A stretch of DNA of 64,000 nucleotides from Candidatus Heimdallarchaeota archaeon (GCA_020353515.1 CP070695.1:4325589-4389588), one strand, 5' to 3'; shown: positions 39,614 through 49,590, counted from the stretch's first letter. Translations and numbers: made by a program. The notes: generated from the sequence alone by a model not told the origin.

Positions 39614-40876
39614 TCAGATTTGATAAGATTTCTGTACTTCTGTTTGATAAATTATGAATCTCTCCAGAATTTCAAAAATTGTATTTCCCTGAGATGGTTC
39701 CAATTGAATGTTATTGTCAGTAAGTATTGCTTTAGGCCCAACACCAAACGTTTCAAGATCTTTGATCAGAAGAATATCTATTTCCTTTTCAGTTAGGAGT
39801 TCGGCGCTTAAAATTCCTCTTTTTCGTTCAGCTAATCTATGTGGATTCTCAACTATCTGTGTTGAGATGACCTTTTGACTTGGTATGTCTATATCAGCGA
39901 TTAAAAAGGCTGGGGCTATACCAAAATGGTCAGCAGGAGATTTATCAATCTTAGAATCAAGAGAGGTGACAGCAATCGCCACTTTTAACCGTGTTTTTAA
40001 GATAGGTTCAACGCTTATCATGATACTATCTAAGAGAGAGATATTTTTTTTCAATGATGATTCTAGATGATGAGTAACACGGTTGATAGATTTTATGGTT
40101 TCTGTTGTATCCATTTGAATATTTATATCTGCAAAGTAATATGGTCCAGAACGTCTTATTCTAATATTAGATACTTCTAGAACCTCAGAAAATTGAAGTA
40201 TAATGGCTCTTATCTGCTCAATTATATCGGGGTCATCGATGGCATCTATTAGAATTAAAAGAGAGCTTTTCCCAAAACTTATTCCAGTTTTGATAATGAA
40301 CACACCAATTAATAAACCTATTAATCCTTCCAACTGGGGAAATTCTATCATATGAGCAAAAATCCCTAGAAAGACTAAAGAATTGGTAACTATATCTAAT
40401 TGGAACTCTTTTGCTGTTCCAATCATTGCAGACGATGCTATTTTGTTCCCAATTTTTAAATTATAACGATAAAGACCAAATGCCGACAAGATAGAGACTA
40501 ATGAAACCAACAATCCAAAAATAGGTTGAAATAACTCAGAAGGCGCAAAGATAGCATGAATACTCTCACTAAGAATATGTAATCCAAATAGAAGAATGAA
40601 AATAGCCATAATTAAAGTAGCTAATGTCTCCATTCGGTAATATCCATAAGGAAACCGTTTTGAGGGGTCTTTCTGGGAAAATCGAAGTCCCAGAAAAACC
40701 ATAAAAGTCGCTGTTAAATCTGTTAAAGCATCTAAACCAGATGCTAGTAAGGAAACACTTCCAATTAATAAAGCTCCAATAATTTTGAAAATGATTAGGA
40801 GAGAATTACATATCATTGTCACAAAAGTAGCCCTTTCACCCTCAGCTAGTAACGCTTTTCTATCCAGAACAGTCAG
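39614..40876 (-). CDS. Cation diffusion facilitator with C-terminal NifB/NifX-like domain; probable CTG start
   Basis: FPYGYYRMETL, RIRRSGPYYFADI, C-terminal HFGIAPAF...ENP; the frame extends upstream to CTG 40876 behind GAGGGG. Confidence 0.85.
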   Translation of the reverse strand: MTVLDRKALLAEGERATFVTMICNSLLIIFKIIGALLIGSVSLLASGLDALTDLTATFMVFLGLRFSQKDPSKRFPYGYYRMETLATLIMAIFILLFGLHILSESIHAIFAPSELFQPIFGLLVSLVSILSAFGLYRYNLKIGNKIASSAMIGTAKEFQLDIVTNSLVFLGIFAHMIEFPQLEGLIGLLIGVFIIKTGISFGKSSLLILIDAIDDPDIIEQIRAIILQFSEVLEVSNIRIRRSGPYYFADINIQMDTTETIKSINRVTHHLESSLKKNISLLDSIMISVEPILKTRLKVAIAVTSLDSKIDKSPADHFGIAPAFLIADIDIPSQKVISTQIVENPHRLAERKRGILSAELLTEKEIDILLIKDLETFGVGPKAILTDNNIQLEPSQGNTIFEILERFIIYQTEVQKSYQI

Positions 40877-40881
40877 ATAAA

Positions 40882-41799
40882 TTACCCCTCATTCAATTGC
40901 AAAAGCCCTTGAATTCTTAACCACATTTCATTCAATGACTTTTCTAGGTCATTAATCCCTTCTTCAAGAATAGTTTTTCCATTTGTCATTGCTTTAAAGA
41001 TTTGCAAATTATAGGGAAGTTCTGTTAAAATCGGGATATTTTCCTCTCTACAATATGATACGATATTGGTTCGTTGTACTTCATTTATAGTAGCTTTGTT
41101 GATAATAATAGCTGGTGTTAAGTTAAAGAAATGTACAAGCTCGATAGTTCGTTTCATATCATGAATTGCAGTTGTAGTAGGTTCGACTACAATGATAACT
41201 AATTCAGCATTTGTTAAAGCTGCTATTACAGAACAACCAATCCCTGGACTACCATCAACTATGACAAGATTTTTGTTGAGTTGATTGGCTTTGACATGAC
41301 TCCTCTTAATAACCTCACTAACCAATTTTCCTGAATTTTCAGCTCCAATATCTAGACGTGCGTGAACCATTGGTCCAAACCTTGTCTCTGCTTCATACAT
41401 TCTACCTGAAGGTTTGATTTCCATGGTTATTGCTTTTTGAGGACAAACCCAGGCGCAAAAACCACAACCTTCACAAGTTATGGGATTTATTTCAAAGTTG
41501 GGGTCTACTGCGTCAAAACGACATACTTCAAGGCATTTCCCGCAATTTAAGCATCTTTCAGGATTTTTTATAGCGATTTTTCCGCTCATAAACCGTTCTG
41601 AAGAAATATCATTTGGATTTAATAGTAGGTGTAAATTTGGTGCATCTACATCACAATCAGCGAGTAAGGAAATAGAGGCCGATAATTGGGCAAGTACTGC
41701 GGTTATTGTTGTTTTTCCAGTCCCTCCTTTTCCTGAAAGGACTGTGATTTGTTTTTTAATATCTATTGTCAATGTATGACCTCCTGAATTCGAAACCAT
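40882..41799 (-). CDS. MinD/ParA-family P-loop ATPase with inserted 2x[4Fe-4S] ferredoxin domain
   Basis: SGKGGTGKTT, DCDVDAPN, CLNCGKCLEVC, CEGCGFCAWVCP, DGSPGIGC. Confidence 0.92.
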   Translation of the reverse strand: MVSNSGGHTLTIDIKKQITVLSGKGGTGKTTITAVLAQLSASISLLADCDVDAPNLHLLLNPNDISSERFMSGKIAIKNPERCLNCGKCLEVCRFDAVDPNFEINPITCEGCGFCAWVCPQKAITMEIKPSGRMYEAETRFGPMVHARLDIGAENSGKLVSEVIKRSHVKANQLNKNLVIVDGSPGIGCSVIAALTNAELVIIVVEPTTTAIHDMKRTIELVHFFNLTPAIIINKATINEVQRTNIVSYCREENIPILTELPYNLQIFKAMTNGKTILEEGINDLEKSLNEMWLRIQGLLQLNEG

Positions 41800-42623
41800 A
41801 GATTAGAATAGACAGTATCAAATCTAGCTATTGTTCCAATAAGCGGAAGACCATTGGAGTAGAGCTGAAGAATTTCTTTGTCATGTGGGATTTCTAAAAG
41901 CAACTCATAGGCTTTTTCTTTGACTAAATGGTTAATTCGATCATCACCTACATCAGATCGATTATTCACGATCCCAAAAGAGATCTCAAGCTGTTTAACA
42001 AGATTGATGGCAATTCGGAGGTCATGTTCACCCGCAGGAGTAGGTTCTGTTACCAGAATCGTAAAATCTGTTTTAGACAATCCTTCAATGACAGGACAAT
42101 CTGAACCAGGAGGTAAATCTAGTATAATAAACTCACTCTTCTCGTTAAATGCTATTTTCTTTAGTTCACGAATTATAGGAGTGGCTAGAGCTTCTCCTAC
42201 ATTTAATTTCCCTTCATAGAACACCAAATTGTTTTTGGAGCCTTCAGATCTGCGAATAACTCCCAATTGATGGGATTTTTCTTTGATAGCTTCCTCTGGA
42301 CAGGCCATAGTACATAATCCGCAACCATGACACAATTCCTCAAACACCATTACTTGATTAAAGAGAACTGCTAAAGCGTTAAATTCACATAAATCAGCAC
42401 AAAGCCCACAATGTGAACAGATGAATTCGTCAATTATTGGCCTTGGTATATTTACTTCCTGATATTGAATCAATTCGCAGTGTAAAAAGTGATTACAATT
42501 TGGTTCCTCAACGTCTAAGTCAAATAAGGCGACATGATGGGATTTTGATAGATGGAGTGCTAAGTTTACCGCGATTGTAGTCTTTCCAGTTCCGCCTTTA
42601 CCACTCGCCACACCAATGATCGT
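41769..42623 (-). CDS. MinD/ParA-family P-loop ATPase with inserted ferredoxin domain; probable ACG start
   Basis: (T)IIGVASGKGGTGKTT, DLDVEEPN, CSHCGLCADLC, CHGCGLCTMACP; AGGAGG 8 nt upstream of ACG at 42623. Confidence 0.9.
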   Translation of the reverse strand, partial: TIIGVASGKGGTGKTTIAVNLALHLSKSHHVALFDLDVEEPNCNHFLHCELIQYQEVNIPRPIIDEFICSHCGLCADLCEFNALAVLFNQVMVFEELCHGCGLCTMACPEEAIKEKSHQLGVIRRSEGSKNNLVFYEGKLNVGEALATPIIRELKKIAFNEKSEFIILDLPPGSDCPVIEGLSKTDFTILVTEPTPAGEHDLRIAINLVKQLEISFGIVNNRSDVGDDRINHLVKEKAYELLLEIPHDKEILQLYSNGLPLIGTIARFDTVYSNLWFRIQEVIH

Positions 42624-42635
42624 GTATTGTGCCTC

Positions 42636-43034
42636 CTAATGATGATGGCCAAGTTCTTCGTGCCCACCTTCTCCACGGTATTTATGTTCTTGACAGGCAG
42701 TTTTATCTGTAGCCATCTGCAATTTTTTGTCTTTGAACTGTCGAATTGCGTCTTTGACTGTTCCATAAGCACCTACAAAAACTTCAACCCCATATTGTTC
42801 AAATAACTGGATTGCTCGTCTGCCTAATCCTCCACAGAGCATCACATCGATATTATGTTCGTATAGTAGTTCTGCAGGTAATTTATTTCCACCCATATGA
42901 GTGGATGTGTTTTTTATAATTATTACATCTTGGGTTTCATCATCGTAAATGGTATACAGAGGAACTCGTCCAAAATGATAACCCACTTGAGACTCAAGTC
43001 CGTCTTTTGTTTCAGAAGGTATACATAATCGCAA
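42636..43034 (-). CDS. NifB/NifX-family (FeMo-co-binding fold) protein with His-rich tail
   Basis: HFGRVPLY, LCGGLGRRA, C-terminal ACQEH...HEELGHHH. Confidence 0.88.
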   Translation of the reverse strand: MRLCIPSETKDGLESQVGYHFGRVPLYTIYDDETQDVIIIKNTSTHMGGNKLPAELLYEHNIDVMLCGGLGRRAIQLFEQYGVEVFVGAYGTVKDAIRQFKDKKLQMATDKTACQEHKYRGEGGHEELGHHH

Positions 43035-43063
43035 TCTCGCTTTCTCCTATTGTGTTCTTTCTA

Positions 43064-43489
43064 CTAATAATTTTCACGGCCTTGTCCCTGGCGACCCATA
43101 CCACCGCGACCCCCACCTCTCCCTCTACCACGTCCTCCCCGAAATCCTGTAGCCATAGCTATTTTAGTTAATTTTCCAGCAAGAAATGTTTCTATATTTT
43201 TGTTTAAAGTGCCATTAATACCCATAAACATATCTATTCCAGCAGCTTGTAGTACATTCCAAGCATTAGGACCTATTCTGGGTGCTATGACTAGATCAAC
43301 TTCTTGGTTAACTAAAGACTGAGCTGCTTGAATTCCAGCTCCTCCAGCAGCATTTTGAGCTTTATTCGGTAAAACAGTGATAATTTCCTGACTCTCTGAG
43401 TCTACAATCACAAAATATGAACATCGCCCAAATACACTAGCAAATGCTTGAGATAGTTCTTTTCCATTGGAAGGTATTCCAATCTTCAT
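43064..43489 (-). CDS. NifB/NifX-family protein with Gly/Arg-rich tail
   Basis: FGRCSYFVIVD, GGAGIQAAQ, IGPNA, GFRGGRGRGRGGGRGG. Confidence 0.9.
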   Translation of the reverse strand: MKIGIPSNGKELSQAFASVFGRCSYFVIVDSESQEIITVLPNKAQNAAGGAGIQAAQSLVNQEVDLVIAPRIGPNAWNVLQAAGIDMFMGINGTLNKNIETFLAGKLTKIAMATGFRGGRGRGRGGGRGGMGRQGQGRENY

Positions 43490-43616
43490 CTAATCACTTC
43501 TTTAAATTTATTCGATATTATCACGAAATTTACTCAATCTGTGCAAATTTTTGTAGATTTCAGTTGTATAACAGTATTTAGACTTCCAATTAGGCAATTA
43601 GAATCCAAAGAATAAT

Positions 43617-43657
43617 TATGAATAATTATTCATATACTTTTTGCATAAATATTCATA
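43617..43657. promoter_or_regulatory. Tandem 18-bp palindromic operators upstream of the NifX/MinD/CDF operon
   Basis: Perfect palindrome TATGAATAATTATTCATA (43617-43634) plus a 3-mismatch copy TTTGCATAAATATTCATA (43640-43657). Confidence 0.7.
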
Positions 43658-43749
43658 ATCATTTAGAAACAGAGTCTATAGAGAACAAAGATAATAATTT
43701 ATGATGGAATTATTAACATTTAACAGGTAAAAGAGATAATCTATGACCA

Positions 43750-45534
43750 TTAACGATTATGTAACCTGTTGTATTCTTGGACCATTTTTTGAATATCTAC
43801 TGTAGAACCCCGAGTTGGGCCTTCTTGGAGCACTTCCTTTGTAAACCTTTCTGGAAGCGTATCCTCTAGTTTTATACCAAATTTTTGATTTAACTTGTAA
43901 TCCCTTTCAATAGCTTCTCCCAGGATTTTCATCAGATACTCTGGAGTGTAATTGATCCCTGTACCGTATGTTAACAGATTTGATGCATTCTCTAAGTTTA
44001 AAATATCCATACAAAGACCAATATTTTTGCACATTGTCATACTGTCCGTAAGGAGGGCAATTTTCTCAGAATAGGTGACTAGTGCCGCTTTCCCTTCTTC
44101 TGAAAGTCTGTCCGCAGCTTTTTCAGTACCAAATCTCTTCTTAGCTTCTTCCCACCTCTCTGTAAGCTCAAAAAATGGTTCAGCTCTAAGATGGTCTCCA
44201 CCACGAGACGCAATTGCATAAGTCAAGCCATATGCTTTTAACCCTCGTGGGTCCCCACAAATGATATCCAGTCCCTTTACCTGCATAACTAGTTTTTTTA
44301 CCTCCTCACCATATTTTTGTGAATATTTAGTCGCCCCCTCTGCCAATTCATCACCAATCCCTTTTCGGAAGGTTATCATTTGGACGATTTCTCTAATCTT
44401 TTCAGTATCGCCCCAATGAATTTCAATACCACCAGTATCTTCTGGTGTTAATAATCCCTTTTCTTGACATTCCATTAACCATCCGATCACTTCACAGGTG
44501 GAGAGTGAGTCTAATCCAACCTGGTTGAGGTAGTGATTCATTTCCAGCGCGAACGCTAGGTCTGATACACCTATCCGAGTGGTAAATCCACAGAGAGTTT
44601 CATATTCTGGCCCTTCTGCTTCATAATCACCACAAACATAATATCTAGAACAGTGCAGATTACAATTAAAACAACCTTTATTCTTTACTTTGTATTTTTC
44701 AGCCAGATGTTCTCCAGAGACTTCATTGAGATAATCACACACCCCTTTCTGGAAGTGATCAGTGGGAAGGATTCCGATCCCATTCAAATCAGTCATCAAC
44801 ATTGTTGTTCCTAGGTTATAGCGTTTAGAGTATTCATTATGATTGAAAATCTCTTTCTTAATTCTAGTAACTTCTGACATAAATGCAAGCGGTTCAGCGA
44901 ATTCTACAGAACGATACCCACGAATAGCAACAGCTTTAAGATTCTTTGATCCCATCACTGCTCCCATTCCTGTTCTTCCACTCGCTCGATTTCCACTTGA
45001 AATGACAGAGGAATACAATACCTTATTCTCTCCCGCAGAACCGATAGCTGCTACTTGAATTGAATAATCTCTCTGCTCTTTCCGAATCTTGTGAGTTGTA
45101 TCCACTACTAAATTACCTGCAAAATGAGGACAATCTATGAAGTCAACCTCTGAGTCAGAAATCATCAAATAAAGGAGATTACTTGCTTTACCGGTGATGA
45201 TGATTTGGTCAAAACCCGTTAATTTCATTTCCGCCCCAAAATGACCACCTGCAGCAGAATCCCCTAATATCCCTGTTAAGGGAGATTTTGCAGAGATCGT
45301 AAAATATGCAGATGCAGGTAAAAAGGAACCAGTTAACGGACCAATTCCAAATATTAGCATATTGTCAGGTCCAAGTGGATCACAACTTGGAACTAATTCC
45401 TCAAACAATCTTTTAGAATTAGCACCCCTACCCCCAATTACATTTCTAATCCAACTCTTCTTCAATATATCGATTTTGTACCTTCTTTCGGAAAGATTAA
45501 CTCGTAGTATTTTTCCTCCGTAACCATACTCCAT
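43750..45534 (-). CDS. aor: Aldehyde:ferredoxin oxidoreductase family tungstoenzyme
   Basis: KSPLTG, GRTGMGAVMGSKNLKA, CFNCNLHC, GPEYET, RGGDH, DSMTMC. Confidence 0.92.
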   Translation of the reverse strand: MEYGYGGKILRVNLSERRYKIDILKKSWIRNVIGGRGANSKRLFEELVPSCDPLGPDNMLIFGIGPLTGSFLPASAYFTISAKSPLTGILGDSAAGGHFGAEMKLTGFDQIIITGKASNLLYLMISDSEVDFIDCPHFAGNLVVDTTHKIRKEQRDYSIQVAAIGSAGENKVLYSSVISSGNRASGRTGMGAVMGSKNLKAVAIRGYRSVEFAEPLAFMSEVTRIKKEIFNHNEYSKRYNLGTTMLMTDLNGIGILPTDHFQKGVCDYLNEVSGEHLAEKYKVKNKGCFNCNLHCSRYYVCGDYEAEGPEYETLCGFTTRIGVSDLAFALEMNHYLNQVGLDSLSTCEVIGWLMECQEKGLLTPEDTGGIEIHWGDTEKIREIVQMITFRKGIGDELAEGATKYSQKYGEEVKKLVMQVKGLDIICGDPRGLKAYGLTYAIASRGGDHLRAEPFFELTERWEEAKKRFGTEKAADRLSEEGKAALVTYSEKIALLTDSMTMCKNIGLCMDILNLENASNLLTYGTGINYTPEYLMKILGEAIERDYKLNQKFGIKLEDTLPERFTKEVLQEGPTRGSTVDIQKMVQEYNRLHNR

Positions 45535-45538
45535 GTCA

Positions 45539-46054
45539 CTACCTCCTCCATTTACTCCTTACGTCTTTCCCTAGCATTTCAATGTAATGCATTTGTTTTT
45601 CACTAGGGTTCATATTCTTTGTTTCAACTTTGAAGTTAGCGAAGGAAGGCTTCTCAAACTCGGGAATATAGTTGATTGCCCTCTCAGTACAAATTTCGAC
45701 ACATTTTGGAGAACCACCACAGAGATCGCATACATACACTATTTTATTAAAGATCTGTATTGCACCTATGGGGCAATTCCTCTCACATTTTCCACAAAGC
45801 GTACATAATGTAGGAGAAATAAGAATTTGTCCTTGATCTCCTAATGTAATAGCATTTGAAGGACAATCCATACAATATCTTTCGTTACATTGAAGACAAA
45901 CAACGGGGCCATCGATTCCAGTGTGGAATAAATTCATGATTTGAATTCTAGCCATATTTCGGTTAACTCTACCTGTATGATACATTGTACAGGAAGTTTC
46001 ACACATTCTACAACCTGTACACTTACTAATATCAAGTTGAATTATCATCATCAA
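45539..46054 (-). CDS. 4Fe-4S dicluster electron-transfer subunit
   Basis: CTGCRMCETSC, CLQC...CMDCP, CTLCGKCERNCP, CDLC...CVEIC. Confidence 0.9.
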   Translation of the reverse strand: MMMIIQLDISKCTGCRMCETSCTMYHTGRVNRNMARIQIMNLFHTGIDGPVVCLQCNERYCMDCPSNAITLGDQGQILISPTLCTLCGKCERNCPIGAIQIFNKIVYVCDLCGGSPKCVEICTERAINYIPEFEKPSFANFKVETKNMNPSEKQMHYIEMLGKDVRSKWRR

Positions 46055-46319
46055 TCAATTCCAAACGATATTGAACCAAACCATCGGGATCAGGACATGA
46101 AAAATGTTTTACTCTTTTCACCCAATGTTCATCAGCAAGCTTCTCTTTTTCAGAAAAAATCGGGAAAATGGGCATCATACTCTGTAACGCCCAGATGCAA
46201 ATGTGTTTTCCCTCTGGAATTGTCAATTTTGATCCTTCTACATAAAAATAATCCCCAACAAGCATGGGTAAATTGCAATAACCATTAATCCGTTCGACAG
46301 TCACCTTAATTTTGATCAT
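46032..46319 (-). CDS. TIGR04076-family small Cys protein
   Basis: IKVTVERINGYC...VGDYF...ICIWAL...SCPDP; start reassigned to ATG 46319. Confidence 0.75.
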   Translation of the reverse strand: MIKIKVTVERINGYCNLPMLVGDYFYVEGSKLTIPEGKHICIWALQSMMPIFPIFSEKEKLADEHWVKRVKHFSCPDPDGLVQYRLELIDDDNST

Positions 46320-46356
46320 ATTACAACCCAACTGATAATACTTTTTGTAACCTCGT

Positions 46357-48573
46357 TCATGTTGGCCTTGGAAGAATGATATGTGATGGATAATCGGATC
46401 CAACAAGAATTGTGTTATTAGCGATTTTGTGATCTAAGTACTTATAGTAATAGAGCTCTGGGGAAACTCCTGTATTTGGATTGATTGCGAATCGTGGATA
46501 ATTAGAACTTGATATCGTAATCCTGATCCTATGTCCTGAATCAAACTGATAAGCAGTTGACCAAAGATCAATCGTAATATTTTCAGGTTCACCAGGATTT
46601 AGGGGGGGAGCATCTAGATCAAAACCATCACGCCTGACCATATTAATTATCCCATCAGCTAATAACATGGAACGTCCATCAGGATATACATCTGTAATTT
46701 TAACCGTGAAATCAGTATTAGTGCAATTTGACATAACCCAAAGATGTGCCCATATCTGGCCCACAACCTCTACTTTAGAGGTGAGAGGAGGGCTTTCAAA
46801 AATTAGCACGTCATCCCGATTCTCAACAGAACGCTGATCATATGGGCCTGCAGGTATTATCAAGTTTGTTCCACCAAGAGTAGGTACTGGATCCCGTGGA
46901 TCATATAAATAAGAATAATTTGTGTTAGCTAATCCAGTCATTCCAAGAATAAGCTCGTTATCAGCACTGAAGTACCAGTGATCGTCCTCATGAGGTACAG
47001 GCCAATCATAAGCATATCTGAAATCATTCACATCAGAATCTTCTGAGGTGTTATCCCCCATCATATAATAGGCAACACGATACTCATTGTTCCAATCAAA
47101 CTCTTTCCCCGACAAAACGTGATCAAAAAGCTTTTGTTCCCATCCAAGGTACAAATCAAATCCAGATTTTGATTTTGTGGGATAGAATATTTCTCCTTGC
47201 ATTCCTTCACCAGGAAAACCATGGGTAAAGGGGCCCATTATTAACAATTGCTTCCCACGAGCTGCATTAAGCCCCAAATCGTCGTACCCTATGAATCCAT
47301 CAAGTGTTCCCTGTTGGAAAACGTCATACCACCCTCCAATATGAATAGCTGGGACGTTAACATTCCCAAAATTTGGACCTTCCTGTAAAAATAAGGATGT
47401 TGAATTATAGTAGCTATCTTCTTTTTTTGGGTGACTTATTATTTGTTGCAGCTGATATTCATAGTTGTCAGCTGTTCCTTCAAGCCAGCCAAGAACAAGA
47501 CTTTCCTTTAGTGCCCCTCCAGGATATACTGAGATTTTGTACAAATCAGGTGTCCCAATCATCAAAGATTGACATGCAAGGCCAGTTGGATTCATACCTG
47601 CATAGAAAAATTGGTTAATTGCTAAGGCAGAGAGTCCAATAGAAGCAATTTTCCCATTACACCAAGATTGATCTAGAATCCAATTGATTGTATCAACCCC
47701 ATCCGTATAGGCTTGCTGAAACATGATAAAATCGTCGTGATCTTCTGAATCATAGCACCCTCGGATATCCTGAATCACTAAATGATACCCTTGAGTGAGA
47801 TACAATAATCCATAAATTGCTCCCATCCCATCTTTTCCATAGGACGTACGGGAAAGAATAACTGGTCTGGATCCTCCAAACGATCCTGGAGCCAAATAAA
47901 CATCCGTAGCTAATTTAATCCCGTCTCTCATGACAATATAATGAGTTTGTTTGGGAGAAGGAGCATAGATAGCTGCTCCTAATAAAACTATGGAGGGAAC
48001 TATTAGAAGAATAACCAGAAATCCTATATACAAACCCTTAGGCATCCTGTTAAATCGCTGGAGATTCTTTTGGAAAACGGTTGATAATTTAAGGGTAGAT
48101 GATTTCTGCCCATGGTGCAGGAATGTAAGGATACCCAATCCTATTGCAGCAGTCGCCAGATAGTCCTCAGTGATTATGTAGCCTAAGATTCCTATAAGAG
48201 GACCAACAACGTTGATTACAACTCCAGCAGTTTTTAGAGGCTCAGAACTTCTTTTTGTCCCAATCTCTTTAAGATAGTTCCCCCCTAGGAGGAGAGAATA
48301 AAATGAGATAAAGGCTGCGAGAGGAAGATACAACATCCCTATGATTACGACCACAATTTGCTCTAATCCGAATAATATTGACTTATTTTGTGTGAATAAT
48401 TTTTCTCCGCCTTCCAGCTCCTGATTGTAATCCTTGGAGTAGTTAAGAACATATGTTACTGTATAAAATCCTCTACATACTATTAATAACGCTCCACCTG
48501 CTAATATCTGTTCGATAGTGAATATTCCTAGACTGTTTAGATAATAATAGATCATACTGATTTGATCAATCAT
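46357..48573 (-). CDS. CocE/NonD family serine hydrolase with N-terminal membrane domain
   Basis: MRDGIKLATDVY, QDIRG, WCNGKIASIGLSALA, GGWYD, MGPFTHG, ISSSNYPRF. Confidence 0.9.
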   Translation of the reverse strand: MIDQISMIYYYLNSLGIFTIEQILAGGALLIVCRGFYTVTYVLNYSKDYNQELEGGEKLFTQNKSILFGLEQIVVVIIGMLYLPLAAFISFYSLLLGGNYLKEIGTKRSSEPLKTAGVVINVVGPLIGILGYIITEDYLATAAIGLGILTFLHHGQKSSTLKLSTVFQKNLQRFNRMPKGLYIGFLVILLIVPSIVLLGAAIYAPSPKQTHYIVMRDGIKLATDVYLAPGSFGGSRPVILSRTSYGKDGMGAIYGLLYLTQGYHLVIQDIRGCYDSEDHDDFIMFQQAYTDGVDTINWILDQSWCNGKIASIGLSALAINQFFYAGMNPTGLACQSLMIGTPDLYKISVYPGGALKESLVLGWLEGTADNYEYQLQQIISHPKKEDSYYNSTSLFLQEGPNFGNVNVPAIHIGGWYDVFQQGTLDGFIGYDDLGLNAARGKQLLIMGPFTHGFPGEGMQGEIFYPTKSKSGFDLYLGWEQKLFDHVLSGKEFDWNNEYRVAYYMMGDNTSEDSDVNDFRYAYDWPVPHEDDHWYFSADNELILGMTGLANTNYSYLYDPRDPVPTLGGTNLIIPAGPYDQRSVENRDDVLIFESPPLTSKVEVVGQIWAHLWVMSNCTNTDFTVKITDVYPDGRSMLLADGIINMVRRDGFDLDAPPLNPGEPENITIDLWSTAYQFDSGHRIRITISSSNYPRFAINPNTGVSPELYYYKYLDHKIANNTILVGSDYPSHIILPRPT

Positions 48574-48747
48574 GTTAAGCCAACCTTAAATTAGTTCATC
48601 AAAAGGGGATTGTTTTTTTTTAAAGATTTTGACTTTATACACTTCTAAGTTACGAATAACTATTGTGATCTAATGATCTTACGAGTATCAATAAGGAAAA
48701 CTTTTATTGGAATTTAACTTCAATCTTAGAAGGATGTCTTAAGAGAG

Positions 48748-49590
48748 ATGACAATGAAAACAGCTAAACCTGTTATACTCAGTTTTTTACTAATTTTCGC
48801 TCTAGGAAATGTTCTGATCAATGTAAAAGGAAATGATGACATTCCCATTACTCCTAATGATGAATTCTTTTTTATAGCAATTGATTTCTTTGAAATTGAT
48901 CCTGACAACTATCGTTTAGTGGTCATGGGTGAAGTAGCCAATCCATTAAACTTATCACTAGAGGAAATCAAAGCAATGCCTGTTACTTCGGAAATAGTAC
49001 GATTATCATGTGTTGCTTATAGATCTGGAGCAACCTCATTAACAGGAGTCGCTAATTGGACTGGGGTGAGATTATCACATATTTTGAGCCTCGCAAAGAT
49101 AGATTATTTTAGAGTAAAGGATATTTCCTTCCATACTCCTAATTTAAGCCCCGAAGGTTACTCAACCAGTCTTTCACTAGAAGAATCATTTTGGGGTGAT
49201 GTTATTCTTGCTTATGAAATGAATGGTGAACCCTTACCAAAAGAACATGGTTTCCCTCTACGACTTGTTTGTCCCCGCTTTTATGGTTATAAATGGATTA
49301 AATGGGTAGCGTATATCAATGTAACAACCATCGATTATAAAGGATATTGGGAAAGAGTGGGCTATAATGATACCCCTTATGTAGACATAGACCTTCCTAT
49401 TTATTATTCCCCAGTTGGATCCGATATACCAATTCATGAATTAACCCGTGGGTCAGAATCTAGTGAGTCAAAATCCACTCCTTGGCCCGTGATAGAATTA
49501 ATTCTTCCTTTAGTAGCAACGATAGTAGTGACACGATTCTATATCAATCAACGGAAAAGAGGTCAAGCTAAACTTCGTTCTCCAGTTTGA
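48748..49590 (+). CDS. Sulfite-oxidase-family molybdopterin oxidoreductase (MsrP/YuiH-like) with signal peptide and C-terminal TM
   Basis: RLSCV, WTGVRL, YSTSL, LAYEMNGEPLPKEHGFPLRLVCP, GYKWIKW, GYWE. Confidence 0.88.
   Translation: MTMKTAKPVILSFLLIFALGNVLINVKGNDDIPITPNDEFFFIAIDFFEIDPDNYRLVVMGEVANPLNLSLEEIKAMPVTSEIVRLSCVAYRSGATSLTGVANWTGVRLSHILSLAKIDYFRVKDISFHTPNLSPEGYSTSLSLEESFWGDVILAYEMNGEPLPKEHGFPLRLVCPRFYGYKWIKWVAYINVTTIDYKGYWERVGYNDTPYVDIDLPIYYSPVGSDIPIHELTRGSESSESKSTPWPVIELILPLVATIVVTRFYINQRKRGQAKLRSPV

Noticed and set aside
42566-43034. Amber read-through fusing the NifX-like protein to the in-frame MinD ATPase
   Set aside because: The frames are continuous across the TAG at 42636, but a strong AGGAGG right at the stop supports independent initiation; no pyrrolysine genes are in the window.
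39614-43489. Nitrogen fixation cluster
   Set aside because: Only NifB/NifX-fold small domains and MinD-type ATPases are present; no nifH, nifD or nifK.
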